A DNA stretch of 62,731 nucleotides, counting the filler, from an uncultured bacterium (GTDB lineage Bacteria; DYJV01), in NCBI GenBank assembly GCA_964543655.1. It is 4 parts of 4 records of this genome, joined end to end, with 100 filler letters (N's around TTAATTAATTAA, not from the genome) between each part and the next. Parts side by side here need not be neighbours in the genome. Positions count along the whole stretch, not along the records: positions 1 to 26,261 come from CAZIZE010000077.1; 3 more parts are not named here. The stretch is one strand, 5' to 3'. Position numbers and translations under genes: made by a program. The notes beneath the pieces are model-generated. The model was given only the letters and a program-made list of their open reading frames with translations. It did not search any database and was not told the origin of the DNA. Below, in pieces: positions 9,948 to 18,760 of the stretch (positions are counted from its first letter, which is position 1; every line of letters starts with the position of its first letter).

Positions 9948-10599
9948 AGATGAAAAAGGTTTATCAGAAGAATTAAAAAAAACTCTTGAAAATGAAATGT
10001 TTACAGTATCTACTGTATTTAATGGCAGTGATGCTATTGATAAAATTCTTTCAGAAAAGTTTGATTTGATTATTCTTGATTTAATGTTACCTGAAATTGA
10101 TGGTTTTGAAGTGCTAAAATTTATTAGAGAAGAAAAGGTAAAAACACCTGTATTAATTCTCACAGCAAAAGGACAGATTGACGATAAAGTAAAAGGCCTT
10201 GACCTTGGTGCTGATGATTATCTCACAAAGCCTTTTTCTGGTGTTGAATTACTTGCAAGAATCAGAGCTATTCTACGCCGCTCAGGTGGAGAGTCTGAAA
10301 ACATAATCTTTACAGAAAATTTAAAATTAAATATCAAAACAAAAGAAATATTTTTTAAGCAAATCAAACTGGATTTAACACCAAAAGAATACGCTATCCT
10401 TGAATTTTTAATTTTAAATAAAGGTAAGCCTGTATCAAAGTATGATATTGCTGAGCATGTTTGGGGCGACTCTTATGACATATTTTCTACCTCAAACTTT
10501 GTTGAAGTCCATGTAAAAAATATTAGAAAAAAATTTCAAAAATTAACCAATCACATTATAATAAAAACATTGAGAGGATTTGGATATAAGATTAATTAA
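9928..10599 (+). CDS. OmpR-family response regulator
   Basis: ILIVEDE, DLMLP, GADDYLTKPF and winged-helix TLRGFGY. Confidence 0.95.
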   Translation: MRILIVEDEKGLSEELKKTLENEMFTVSTVFNGSDAIDKILSEKFDLIILDLMLPEIDGFEVLKFIREEKVKTPVLILTAKGQIDDKVKGLDLGADDYLTKPFSGVELLARIRAILRRSGGESENIIFTENLKLNIKTKEIFFKQIKLDLTPKEYAILEFLILNKGKPVSKYDIAEHVWGDSYDIFSTSNFVEVHVKNIRKKFQKLTNHIIIKTLRGFGYKIN

Positions 10600-12004
10600 C
10601 TACTTTTCAAAACTTACAATAAAATCAAAAATTACTATTCTATTTTTCATTACAAATTTAGGAATCTTAATCTTATTTTCAGGATTTATTCTTTTACGCA
10701 GCTACTTCCTGATATATGGCGCTATTGATAGAAGCCTTGAAACAATTACAAATGAATTGATAAAATCTATTGAGAAAAAATCTATTCTACCAGCTGAAAT
10801 AAAATTTTGTGGCAATAAATATTGGATAAAAATATACAATAATAATAAAAAAGTTATATTTACTTCTCAGTTGGCAAAAAAAGTGAGGAAAATTCCAGAC
10901 TTTTTCCAATTTTTTGGAACAACAAAAAAATTCAGTTACGATATACGATTAAAAGGGAAAAATTATCTTTTTTTATCACCTGACAAATATGCACATGTGG
11001 AATTTAGAGTATTAATAAAAAAATTTAAAAATGGTTATATTCAAATTGCATATCCAATAGAGCAAACAGAAGAATCATTCCAAAATCTACTTGGTGTAGT
11101 TGCCTGGGCTATAGCTATCTTTGTTCTTTTAATTGCAATAATTGGTTATTACTTTTCATACAAAACTCTTTCACCAATTAATCAAATTATAAAGCAGGCA
11201 AATTACATTTCAGAAAAAAATTTAAATATTAGATTGCCAGTTATAAATAAAGATGAAATAGGTAAACTTGGTGAAACTCTTAATGAATTATTTTCAAGGC
11301 TTGAAATTGCATTTTCAAAACAGAAAGAGTTCAGTGCAAATGTATCACATGAACTTAAAACTCCACTATCTATGATAAAATTATCTCTTGAAAATATTAT
11401 TAATAACAACAATATAACAGAGGAACTAAAAATAGAATTAAAAAAAGTTATTACCAATATTCAAAGAATGCAAAATCTCATTTCAAAGCTTTTATTGCTC
11501 TCTAAAATAGAATATATGAAAAATAATCCTGAGCTAATTGATAGTTTTAAAAATATTAATTTAACCCAAATAATTAAAAACACTTTATCTGAGTTTGAAG
11601 AATATTTTAAGAGCAAAGATATTATTCTAAAGAAAAATTTTCCTGAAGAAAAAATATTAATAAAAGGTGATAAAGAATTAATTGAAAAGTTATTTTTTAA
11701 CTTATTTTTAAATGCATTTAATTTTACCCAAACAGCTGGAAAAATAGAAGTAACTTTAATCAAAGATGAAAATTATATTATATTCAAAATAAAAAATAGT
11801 GGGATGGGAATTCCTTATAATAAATTAAAAAATATTTTTAATAGATTCTATAGAATAGACAGGTCTCGTTCAAGAGATACTGGTGGCTCTGGTCTTGGTC
11901 TGGCAATTTGCAAAGCAATTGTTGAAATTCATAAAGGTGAAATTCAAGCTATAAGTAAAATTAATGAATATACACAATTTATTGTAAGATTAAAAATAAT
12001 TTAA
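10580..12004 (+). CDS. HAMP-domain sensor histidine kinase (CusS/CzcS-like)
   Basis: Two TM helices, DEIGKL HAMP, SHELKTPL H-box, RFYR..GGSGLGLAI. Confidence 0.92.
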   Translation: MDIRLINYFSKLTIKSKITILFFITNLGILILFSGFILLRSYFLIYGAIDRSLETITNELIKSIEKKSILPAEIKFCGNKYWIKIYNNNKKVIFTSQLAKKVRKIPDFFQFFGTTKKFSYDIRLKGKNYLFLSPDKYAHVEFRVLIKKFKNGYIQIAYPIEQTEESFQNLLGVVAWAIAIFVLLIAIIGYYFSYKTLSPINQIIKQANYISEKNLNIRLPVINKDEIGKLGETLNELFSRLEIAFSKQKEFSANVSHELKTPLSMIKLSLENIINNNNITEELKIELKKVITNIQRMQNLISKLLLLSKIEYMKNNPELIDSFKNINLTQIIKNTLSEFEEYFKSKDIILKKNFPEEKILIKGDKELIEKLFFNLFLNAFNFTQTAGKIEVTLIKDENYIIFKIKNSGMGIPYNKLKNIFNRFYRIDRSRSRDTGGSGLGLAICKAIVEIHKGEIQAISKINEYTQFIVRLKII

Positions 12005-12044
12005 TTTTTCCATTATAATTTCAAATTTTATATGAATTAAAATT

Positions 12045-12267
12045 ATACAAAACCAACATTGAATCAAAAATTTTTCAGGTTAAACCCATCAAAATAACTG
12101 CTTTTGTGGCAAATAATCCAAGTTTCTACTTAAAATGACATCTACAATATTCTTAAGTTGTTGTTATTAAATATCTTTTAACGTTGAACTATGAACCTTG
12201 AACCGTGAACTTGTATAAGACTCTTCGTTAAAAAAATTGTTAATAGATTTTATATTTTGTTTTATAT
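12045..12267. mobile_element. Expanded copy of MITE-like repeat (contains heptamer insert)
   Basis: Left end ATACAAAACCAA, core ATTTTTCAGGTTAAACCCATCAAAATAACTGCTTTTGTGGCAAAT, degenerate right end TTTGTTTTATAT; aligns with 16088-16208 and 42916-43036. Confidence 0.55.
12184..12211. repeat. Heptamer tandem repeat (NTGAACY x4)
   Basis: TTGAACT ATGAACC TTGAACC GTGAACT. Confidence 0.7.
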
Positions 12268-12304
12268 AACAAAAAATGTCGTGCAATTCGACAAAATTGT
12301 CGAA
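12268..12304. promoter_or_regulatory. Putative enhancer (UAS) for a sigma54 activator
   Basis: Near-perfect palindrome TTCGACAAAATTGTCGAA (12287-12304) plus partial site AACAAAAAATGTCG centred 21 bp upstream; matches 55108-55147. Confidence 0.8.
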
Positions 12305-12345
12305 TGCTCAACCATTAAAACCTTGTGATTTAAACATGTTACAAC

Positions 12346-12361
12346 TGGCACGATGGTTGCA
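12346..12361 (+). promoter_or_regulatory. Sigma54 (-24/-12) promoter
   Basis: TGGCAC-GATGG-TTGCA, consensus match, ending 43 bp before ATG 12405. Confidence 0.88.
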
Positions 12362-12404
12362 ATATCAATAGCATAATTAACAAAAATTAAAAGGAGGAGA
12401 AAGG

Positions 12405-12683
12405 ATGAAGAAAAAAATTATAGTTGGACTTCTTGCTGGCACAATGCTTTTAAGCAGTTTGCCATTAATGGCGAGAGGTTATGGAAAAGGTTACATGGGT
12501 GGAAGAAATAGTAATTACACTCAGCCTTCAGGGGTTCAGGCATATCAAGGGTACGGTGATGGGACAATGCCAAGGCCTATGGATGGCACTGGTTTTGGTG
12601 CTCAAAGCAGTAATTTTAGAGGTAAAGGTCAAAGATTAAGAGATGGTTCATGTTTAAATAACACAACCACAACAACACAATAA
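12405..12683 (+). CDS. Small exported Gly-rich protein with GDGTMPRPMDGTGFG and LRDGSC motifs
   Basis: Sec signal, AGGAGG RBS, paralogue at 54174-54457. Confidence 0.85.
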   Translation: MKKKIIVGLLAGTMLLSSLPLMARGYGKGYMGGRNSNYTQPSGVQAYQGYGDGTMPRPMDGTGFGAQSSNFRGKGQRLRDGSCLNNTTTTTQ

Positions 12684-12702
12684 AAATTAAAGGAGGAAAA
12701 AA

Positions 12703-13431
12703 ATGAAAAAAATTTTATCAGTAGCAGTATTAATTATTTTGGCAATGTCTGTTAGTTTAATGGCTCAACCAAGATGGGGAAATGCTAATGCTCAAAGAGG
12801 TGCAGGATTGTACAATGCAATATCTTCACTACCTGTACAAGATTTAAATGATGCTGAAAAAGCTGGGTTATTAAAAATGAGACAAGAGGAAAAATTGGCA
12901 AGAGATGTATATTTAAAGCTTTATGAAAAATGGGGACTTCAAGTGTTTGCGAACATAGCAAATAGTGAGCAGAGACATATGGATGCAGTTAAAATGCTTC
13001 TTGAAAAATATGGAATTTCTGATCCAGTAGTTGATGACTCTGTTGGAGCATTTAGTGATACTGAATTTACAAATCTTTACAATGAGCTTGTTGCTACAGG
13101 TGAAGCATCTGAAGTTGCTGCATTAAAAGTTGGAGCGGAGATAGAGGATCTTGATATTGCAGATCTTGAAAACTTAATAAATAGTAGTGATAATGATGAT
13201 ATAAAATTTGTTTATGATAGATTGATGAATGGCTCATATCATCATATTAAAGCTTTTTCAGCTATGCTTCAAAATTATGGTGAAACTTATACACCAAAAT
13301 ATATTTCAGAGGATAAATACAATGAAATACTTTCATCCTCTACACAAATGCAGAGAGGCTATGGTAGAAGAGGTAGAGGTGCTGGAATGGGATTAAGAGA
13401 TGGCTCATGCCTGTATAATACAAACCAATAG
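12703..13431 (+). CDS. Exported DUF2202 ferritin-like protein with Gly/Arg-rich LRDGSC tail
   Basis: Signal peptide; EEKLARDVY...F.NIA.SEQRHM...GAEIEDLDIADL...GS.HH..AF. Confidence 0.85.
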   Translation: MKKILSVAVLIILAMSVSLMAQPRWGNANAQRGAGLYNAISSLPVQDLNDAEKAGLLKMRQEEKLARDVYLKLYEKWGLQVFANIANSEQRHMDAVKMLLEKYGISDPVVDDSVGAFSDTEFTNLYNELVATGEASEVAALKVGAEIEDLDIADLENLINSSDNDDIKFVYDRLMNGSYHHIKAFSAMLQNYGETYTPKYISEDKYNEILSSSTQMQRGYGRRGRGAGMGLRDGSCLYNTNQ

Positions 13432-13439
13432 TTTTTCTT

Positions 13440-13472
13440 AAAGTTCAAGGTTTTAAAACCTTGAACTTTTTT
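13440..13472 (+). terminator. Perfect 30-bp palindrome with T tail (rho-independent terminator); second hairpin at 13478-13497
   Basis: AAAGTTCAAGGTTTT/AAAACCTTGAACTTT followed by TTT; AGAGCCC-CCT-GGGCTCT-TTT. Confidence 0.7.
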
Positions 13473-13664
13473 GTTATAGAGCCCCCTGGGCTCTTTTATG
13501 TTTTACAAGATTTTCAACTTAAAATGATCACTTTTTGTGGTATATAAAAACACTCGTTAACAAATTGGTGTTTGTTTATAAATTTAGATTTATATTATTT
13601 GCAATTGTCTGTTATTAAAATATTTTTCAAGTTTATATTATTAACTATTAACAGAGGAGGAAAT

Positions 13665-14246
13665 ATGTCTTTAAGAAGATTAACATCTTTAATGATTTTA
13701 TTTATAGGGGTTATTTTAGTTATCTCTGGAGTTATATTATTTATTATGCCCCATGGAAGAGTAGCATATTGGACTGATTGGAGATTTTTAGGACTCAATA
13801 AAGATCAATGGAGTTTATTACACGTTATTTTTTCCATTATTTTTATATTACTTTTTGCACTTCATACTTTTTTTAATATAAAACCTCTAATTCATTACTT
13901 TAACAAATCTAAAAAAGAATTACTTTTATCTTTTTTAATAATAACTTTCTTAACAGTTGGCTCTATATTTACTTTTTTTCCTTTTAATGCTGTAAAAAAT
14001 TTTGAAGAAAAGGTTAAAAACTCCTGGATTGATAATAAAATTGCTCCTAAAATTCCACATGGAGAGTTGATGACATTAAAAAAATTATCCAAAAGAATAG
14101 GCATTAAACCTAACATAGCTCTAAAAAGATTAAATGAAAATGGTATAAAATATAATTCATTAAATGATACCATTCAACATATTGCAAAAATAAATGGCAA
14201 AAAACCAATAGAAATATATAAAATAATAAAAACAAATTCTAAGTGA
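13665..14246 (+). CDS. DUF4405-type membrane protein
   Basis: SGVILFIMPHGRVAYWTDWRFLGLNKDQW..LH...LH; ATG 13665 after GAGGAGG. Confidence 0.75.
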   Translation: MSLRRLTSLMILFIGVILVISGVILFIMPHGRVAYWTDWRFLGLNKDQWSLLHVIFSIIFILLFALHTFFNIKPLIHYFNKSKKELLLSFLIITFLTVGSIFTFFPFNAVKNFEEKVKNSWIDNKIAPKIPHGELMTLKKLSKRIGIKPNIALKRLNENGIKYNSLNDTIQHIAKINGKKPIEIYKIIKTNSK

Positions 14247-14266
14247 ATTTAGTTAAAAAAAAATTA

Positions 14267-14307
14267 TTGACATTTGCATATTTGTATTATATTGCAAATA
14301 TGCAAAT
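14267..14307. promoter_or_regulatory. Sigma70-type -35 overlapped by a 13-bp inverted repeat (probable ArsR operator)
   Basis: TTGACA 14267-14272; ATTTGCATATTTG-N10-CAAATATGCAAAT. Confidence 0.65.
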
Positions 14308-14330
14308 TATATAAACAGAAAGGATTTACA

Positions 14331-15071
14331 TTGATTTTACTTTCATTACTTGCATTTTTATTTAGTTTTCTTTTTTCTCTTGGAGGTATTGGAGCTGCAA
14401 TAGTTCTTGTTCCTATTATGTATGCTTCAGGCATTCCTCTTAATCAGGCAAAAGCCACAGGACTTTTCTACAATACAATTAGCCTTGCTGGTGCAAGTTA
14501 TTTAAATATAAAAGAAAAAAGACTCGATTTTAAAATAGGGCTTCCTTTAATTATTTTTTCACTTATTTTCGCACCTGTTGGTGCTTATCTTTCAAGTTTT
14601 GTTTCTCACAAGATTGTATTAATAATTTTCATACTGTTTCTTCTTTTTTCCACATCAGTAATGTGGTTTTTCAAAAGCAAAAATTATCAAAAGAATTATA
14701 GAGAAGATAGACCTTTTGTAATATTATCTATTATTGGGATTGTTGTAGGAATTGTATCAGGCTTGCTTGGAGTAGGAGGAGGCGGATTAATATCACCTAT
14801 TATGATTATTCTGGGCTTTAATCCAAAAAAAGTTGCAGCTATTACTGCTTTTGTAGTACCCTTTTCATCTTTTTCTGGATTTTTAACCTATTTTGCAATG
14901 GGTAGCGTAAATTTTAAAATTCTTGCTTGTGTAACAATTTCAGGTTTTTTTGGTGCATTTTTAGGTACCTCAGTTATGCAAAAAAAATTCAAGCCAGATA
15001 CTGTTAAAAAATTGCTGGGAGTAATACTTTTAATCCTTGCAATAAAAATGCTTCTAAAGCTTTTAAATTAA
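14331..15071 (+). CDS. TauE/SafE (TSUP) family membrane transporter
   Basis: Two GxGGG-type repeats (SLGGIGAA, GLLGVGGGGLISP), about 8 TM helices; probable TTG start after AAAGGA. Confidence 0.85.
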   Translation: MILLSLLAFLFSFLFSLGGIGAAIVLVPIMYASGIPLNQAKATGLFYNTISLAGASYLNIKEKRLDFKIGLPLIIFSLIFAPVGAYLSSFVSHKIVLIIFILFLLFSTSVMWFFKSKNYQKNYREDRPFVILSIIGIVVGIVSGLLGVGGGGLISPIMIILGFNPKKVAAITAFVVPFSSFSGFLTYFAMGSVNFKILACVTISGFFGAFLGTSVMQKKFKPDTVKKLLGVILLILAIKMLLKLLN

Positions 15072-15085
15072 ACAGGAGGTGTAAA

Positions 15086-15733
15086 ATGTTTGAAAAAAGG
15101 ATGCAACTTATAAATTCAATTTCATCTTTATCAGATGAAGAAAAAGAAATCCTCTATTCAGCTCTTAACATTCATGGACATATGTGTGGTGGAATGCCAT
15201 TAGGTTTTACAGCTGGCAAATTTGCTTTAAAGATTTTAAATAGCAGTAGAGAGCGTAACATGGATAAGCTTGTTATTATGTTTACTGGAGAAAGACATGC
15301 AGCAGGATGTTTTGCAGACGGCGTTCAATTTGCAACAGGATGTACATTTGGAAAAGGTATAATGAAAAAAGAGCCAAAAGGGAAATTTGGATTTTTACTT
15401 ATTAAAAAAACAATGGAAAAAGCTGTTAAAGTTAGTGTTAAGCCTGAAGTAATGTTAAATGCTTTTAAATCTCCTTTTATTGAAATGAGAAAAAAGGGTA
15501 TAAAACCTACTGACATTCCATCTGAATTATCTGAAAAAATGTTTTTAAATCCTTTTAATAAAAATCCAGAGGAGCTTTTTAATTATGAAGGCCCTTTTAA
15601 TTTCTCAGTAAAAAAAGGGAAATCTTGCTTTAACATTGTTATTTGTGATAAGTGTAGAGAAGCAGTTGCTGAAAATTACATTAATCTTGAAAATGGAAAA
15701 AAGGTATGCTTGGACTGCTGGTCTTTTAGGTAA
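15086..15733 (+). CDS. FmdE-family protein with C-terminal Zn finger
   Basis: HGHMCGG, CFADGVQFATGCTFGKG, CDKCRE...CLDC. Confidence 0.85.
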   Translation: MFEKRMQLINSISSLSDEEKEILYSALNIHGHMCGGMPLGFTAGKFALKILNSSRERNMDKLVIMFTGERHAAGCFADGVQFATGCTFGKGIMKKEPKGKFGFLLIKKTMEKAVKVSVKPEVMLNAFKSPFIEMRKKGIKPTDIPSELSEKMFLNPFNKNPEELFNYEGPFNFSVKKGKSCFNIVICDKCREAVAENYINLENGKKVCLDCWSFR

Positions 15734-15746
15734 AACAGGAGGAAAA

Positions 15747-16085
15747 ATGCAATATTTAGAATTAGAAGAAAAATATAAAGAATGGGCAAATCTTTTAAAA
15801 TCATTAGCTCATCCTGTAAGGTTGTTTATAATAGAGCTTCTTGCACAAGGTGAGAGAAGTGTTAATGATATTGAAAAAAATTTACATATTGATGTATCAA
15901 CTGTTTCAAGGCATCTTTCTACCTTAAAAAGAGCAGGTATAATAAATGATAAAAAAAAGGGAAATAAGGTTTTTTATTCATTAAAAATTCCTTGTGTATT
16001 AAATTTTTTTAAATGTACAGAACAGGTTCTAAATGAACAATTAATACGTAAAATTAAAATATTAAGCAATGTTAAAAAGAAATAG
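15747..16085 (+). CDS. ArsR/SmtB-family transcriptional regulator
   Basis: LKSLAHPVRLFI, STVSRHLSTLK, KGNKVFYSL, PCVLNFFKC; ATG after AGGAGG. Confidence 0.9.
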   Translation: MQYLELEEKYKEWANLLKSLAHPVRLFIIELLAQGERSVNDIEKNLHIDVSTVSRHLSTLKRAGIINDKKKGNKVFYSLKIPCVLNFFKCTEQVLNEQLIRKIKILSNVKKK

Positions 16086-16087
16086 TT

Positions 16088-16208
16088 ATACAAAACCAAT
16101 TGCAAAATCCAACAGCAATTTTTTTACAACTGATTCTATTTACCACAAAAGCTGTCATTTTGAGGGCGTTAGTCCGAAAAATCTTTTGTTTCAAGGTTGG
16201 TTTTGTAT
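16088..16208. mobile_element. 121-bp MITE-like element with perfect 12-bp terminal inverted repeats
   Basis: ATACAAAACCAA...TTGGTTTTGTAT; internal GTCATTTTGAGGGCGTTAGTCCGAAAAATCT; homologous copies elsewhere in the window. Confidence 0.65.
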
Positions 16209-16282
16209 TAGTTGGTAAATGCTGGTTGGTGATTAAAGTAAAGTCATTAACTTTGAACCATAAACAATTATGGGAGGATTAA

Positions 16283-17527
16283 ATGAGATATTTTTTTATT
16301 TTCTTTTTGTTTATTTTTTTTTCTATTAATTTAAATGCTCTTACACTTGAGCAGGCATTAAAAATGGCTTTAAAATATAATCCAGCTATTAATCAAACTT
16401 CTCTGAATATCTCAATTCAGAAAAAAAGAACTGCACAAATTGAATCATCACAATTTGGAGAAATTGATGCTATTGCAAAATATAACAAAACTGACTACCC
16501 ACAAGCCTTACAGCCATTAAACATGAGGCACCTTGCCAAAGATGTACTTTCAGTTGGAATCAACTACCAGGTGCCGCTATTTACTGGATTTGAAATAACA
16601 AAATCTATTGAGATTTCAAAATTAAATGAAAAAATTTTTAAAATAGCAAATAATCTAACTAAAAATCAGGTTATTTTTAATATAAAATCAGTTTATTATA
16701 AAATACTTTCTTTAAAAAAGCAGCTTATTGCAATGAATAGTTATAAAAATTCCCTTAATAAGCTTTTCCAAGATGTTAAGTTAATGGTTGAAACTGGAAA
16801 AAAGCCAGAGGTTGACCTTTATAAAATAAGTTATGATGTAAAAAGTGTTGATGCTACTATCTCATCAATTAAAAATAACATAGACACTTTAAAATACACC
16901 TTAAAAGAACTTATTGGCAAAGATAATCTAATTATTAATAATATTCAAGATATTACTTTAACAAAAAATTTTAAACCTGAAAAAATTTCATACAACAAAT
17001 TACCATCTTTGGAACAATTATCAACCAAAAGTAAAATTTCAAAAAAAAATATAGCAAAAACTAAGTCAGCATATTATCCAAAACTTTATCTAAATGCGGA
17101 TACTTTTGAAAATTATGGAAAGGGAGATGATTTAAATATATGGCAAATTACATTGGATTTAAAGTTTAATATTTTCGATTTTGGAAAAACTAAAAACAGT
17201 GTTAAAGAAGCCATACTTGAAAAGCAAAAAATTGAGTTTGAAAAGCTTCAGACAAAATTAAAAAAAGAAAAAGATATAAGAGATGCTATTAATAGAATTA
17301 AAACTGAAAAAAATAATATTGATGCATTAAAGCAGCAGGTAAAATTCGCAAAAGAGTCTGAAAGAATAGAAAAGATGAAATATGAAGAGGGAGTGAGTCA
17401 AATATATGATTACCTGTATGCAAAAAGTAGAAGATATATAGCTGAAAGCAATTTTTATGACTCTCTTTATAAAAGAGAAACAGCAATTGCCTATTATGAC
17501 TATGTAATTGAAAAATATGCTAAATAA
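16283..17527 (+). CDS. TolC-family outer-membrane efflux protein
   Basis: Signal peptide, LTLEQALKMAL..NP, VPLFTGF, YYPKL; precedes adaptor and RND genes. Confidence 0.88.
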   Translation: MRYFFIFFLFIFFSINLNALTLEQALKMALKYNPAINQTSLNISIQKKRTAQIESSQFGEIDAIAKYNKTDYPQALQPLNMRHLAKDVLSVGINYQVPLFTGFEITKSIEISKLNEKIFKIANNLTKNQVIFNIKSVYYKILSLKKQLIAMNSYKNSLNKLFQDVKLMVETGKKPEVDLYKISYDVKSVDATISSIKNNIDTLKYTLKELIGKDNLIINNIQDITLTKNFKPEKISYNKLPSLEQLSTKSKISKKNIAKTKSAYYPKLYLNADTFENYGKGDDLNIWQITLDLKFNIFDFGKTKNSVKEAILEKQKIEFEKLQTKLKKEKDIRDAINRIKTEKNNIDALKQQVKFAKESERIEKMKYEEGVSQIYDYLYAKSRRYIAESNFYDSLYKRETAIAYYDYVIEKYAK

Positions 17528-17549
17528 ACATAAATCTGGAGGAAATATT

Positions 17550-18737
17550 ATGAAAAAAACTTTAAAAATCATTATACCTATTCTTATTATTGCCTTACTT
17601 GGATTATTTGCAATTAAAAAGATAAAATCTCGAAAAATAGAAATTGCAAAAACACCTTCTGCGAAACTACCTGTTTACACAGTAAAAGCAGTTAAAATAA
17701 AAAAGGGGAGCATTTATGTAACCCAGCAATATCTTGGAATAATTGAGCCTGACAAATCTGTAAACATTGCTTCTAAATTTTCTGGGTTTATTAACAAAGT
17801 TTATGTAACAGAGAATCAAGTTGTTAAAAAAGGTGACTTGCTTGTAAAAATAGATGATAGAGATATAAAATTTCAACTTAAAAACCTTGGTAATACAAAA
17901 TATTCACTTAAAGCCCAAAGAGAAGCTTTAAAAGCTGAGTTAAAAGGTGCTCTCTCAAGATTAGAATACCTAAAGAATAAATTTTATAGAGATAAAAAAT
18001 TATTTGAGGGTAAAGCTATATCAAGGGAAAATTTTGACCTTTCCAAAACTTTATATGAAGAAGGGAAATCAAGAGTTGCAACAATTAGAAGCAATATTAC
18101 AGCTTTTAATAAAAAGATAAAATCAATTAATTCGCAGATAGCTATTCAGAAAAATAATTTAAAATACACTAATATCTACTCTGATATAAATGGAATTGTA
18201 ACAAAAATTTTCCTTCATGAAGGGAATATTGCCATGCCAGGCAAACCTATTATGAATATTGAAACTACTGAAAATTATAAAATTTTGGTAAATATCCCTG
18301 AAAAACAGGCAATGTCTATAAAACCTCATAACAAGGTTATTATTAATTTTTCTGATAAACCAATAACTTCTGAAATTAAAAAAATTTATCCTAAATCAAA
18401 CAACAATTCTCTTGTAACTGCTGAAATAAGAGTTAAAAGCCTTCCCAAAAATATTGCAACCAATTCTTATGTTAATGTTAAAATATTTATTAAAAAAATT
18501 AGCGGATTAATTGTTCCAATAGATTCTGTTTTGCAGTTAACTAATGGAACATATCTGTTAAATGTTGAAAATGGGAAAATTAAAAAAATTTTAGTTAAAA
18601 TAATAACAAAGAATGACAAATTTGCTATTGTAAAAGGGAATATAAAAGCTGGAATTCCTGTGATAACAGCAATGGAAAATAAACTTAGATTACTATCTTT
18701 TGGAGTAAAAGGTAAATTAAATATATTAACTCAGTAA
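17550..18737 (+). CDS. RND efflux periplasmic adaptor (MFP)
   Basis: IASKFSGFINKVYVTENQVVKKGDLLVKID, IYSDINGIV; ATG 17550 after GGAGG. Confidence 0.88.
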   Translation: MKKTLKIIIPILIIALLGLFAIKKIKSRKIEIAKTPSAKLPVYTVKAVKIKKGSIYVTQQYLGIIEPDKSVNIASKFSGFINKVYVTENQVVKKGDLLVKIDDRDIKFQLKNLGNTKYSLKAQREALKAELKGALSRLEYLKNKFYRDKKLFEGKAISRENFDLSKTLYEEGKSRVATIRSNITAFNKKIKSINSQIAIQKNNLKYTNIYSDINGIVTKIFLHEGNIAMPGKPIMNIETTENYKILVNIPEKQAMSIKPHNKVIINFSDKPITSEIKKIYPKSNNNSLVTAEIRVKSLPKNIATNSYVNVKIFIKKISGLIVPIDSVLQLTNGTYLLNVENGKIKKILVKIITKNDKFAIVKGNIKAGIPVITAMENKLRLLSFGVKGKLNILTQ

Positions 18738-18760
18738 TTAATGAAAGGGGTAAGGTTTTA

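Noticed and set aside
16100-16282. 60-aa ORF between arsR and tolC
   Set aside because: Lies within the MITE-like repeat, with no clear RBS or protein-like features
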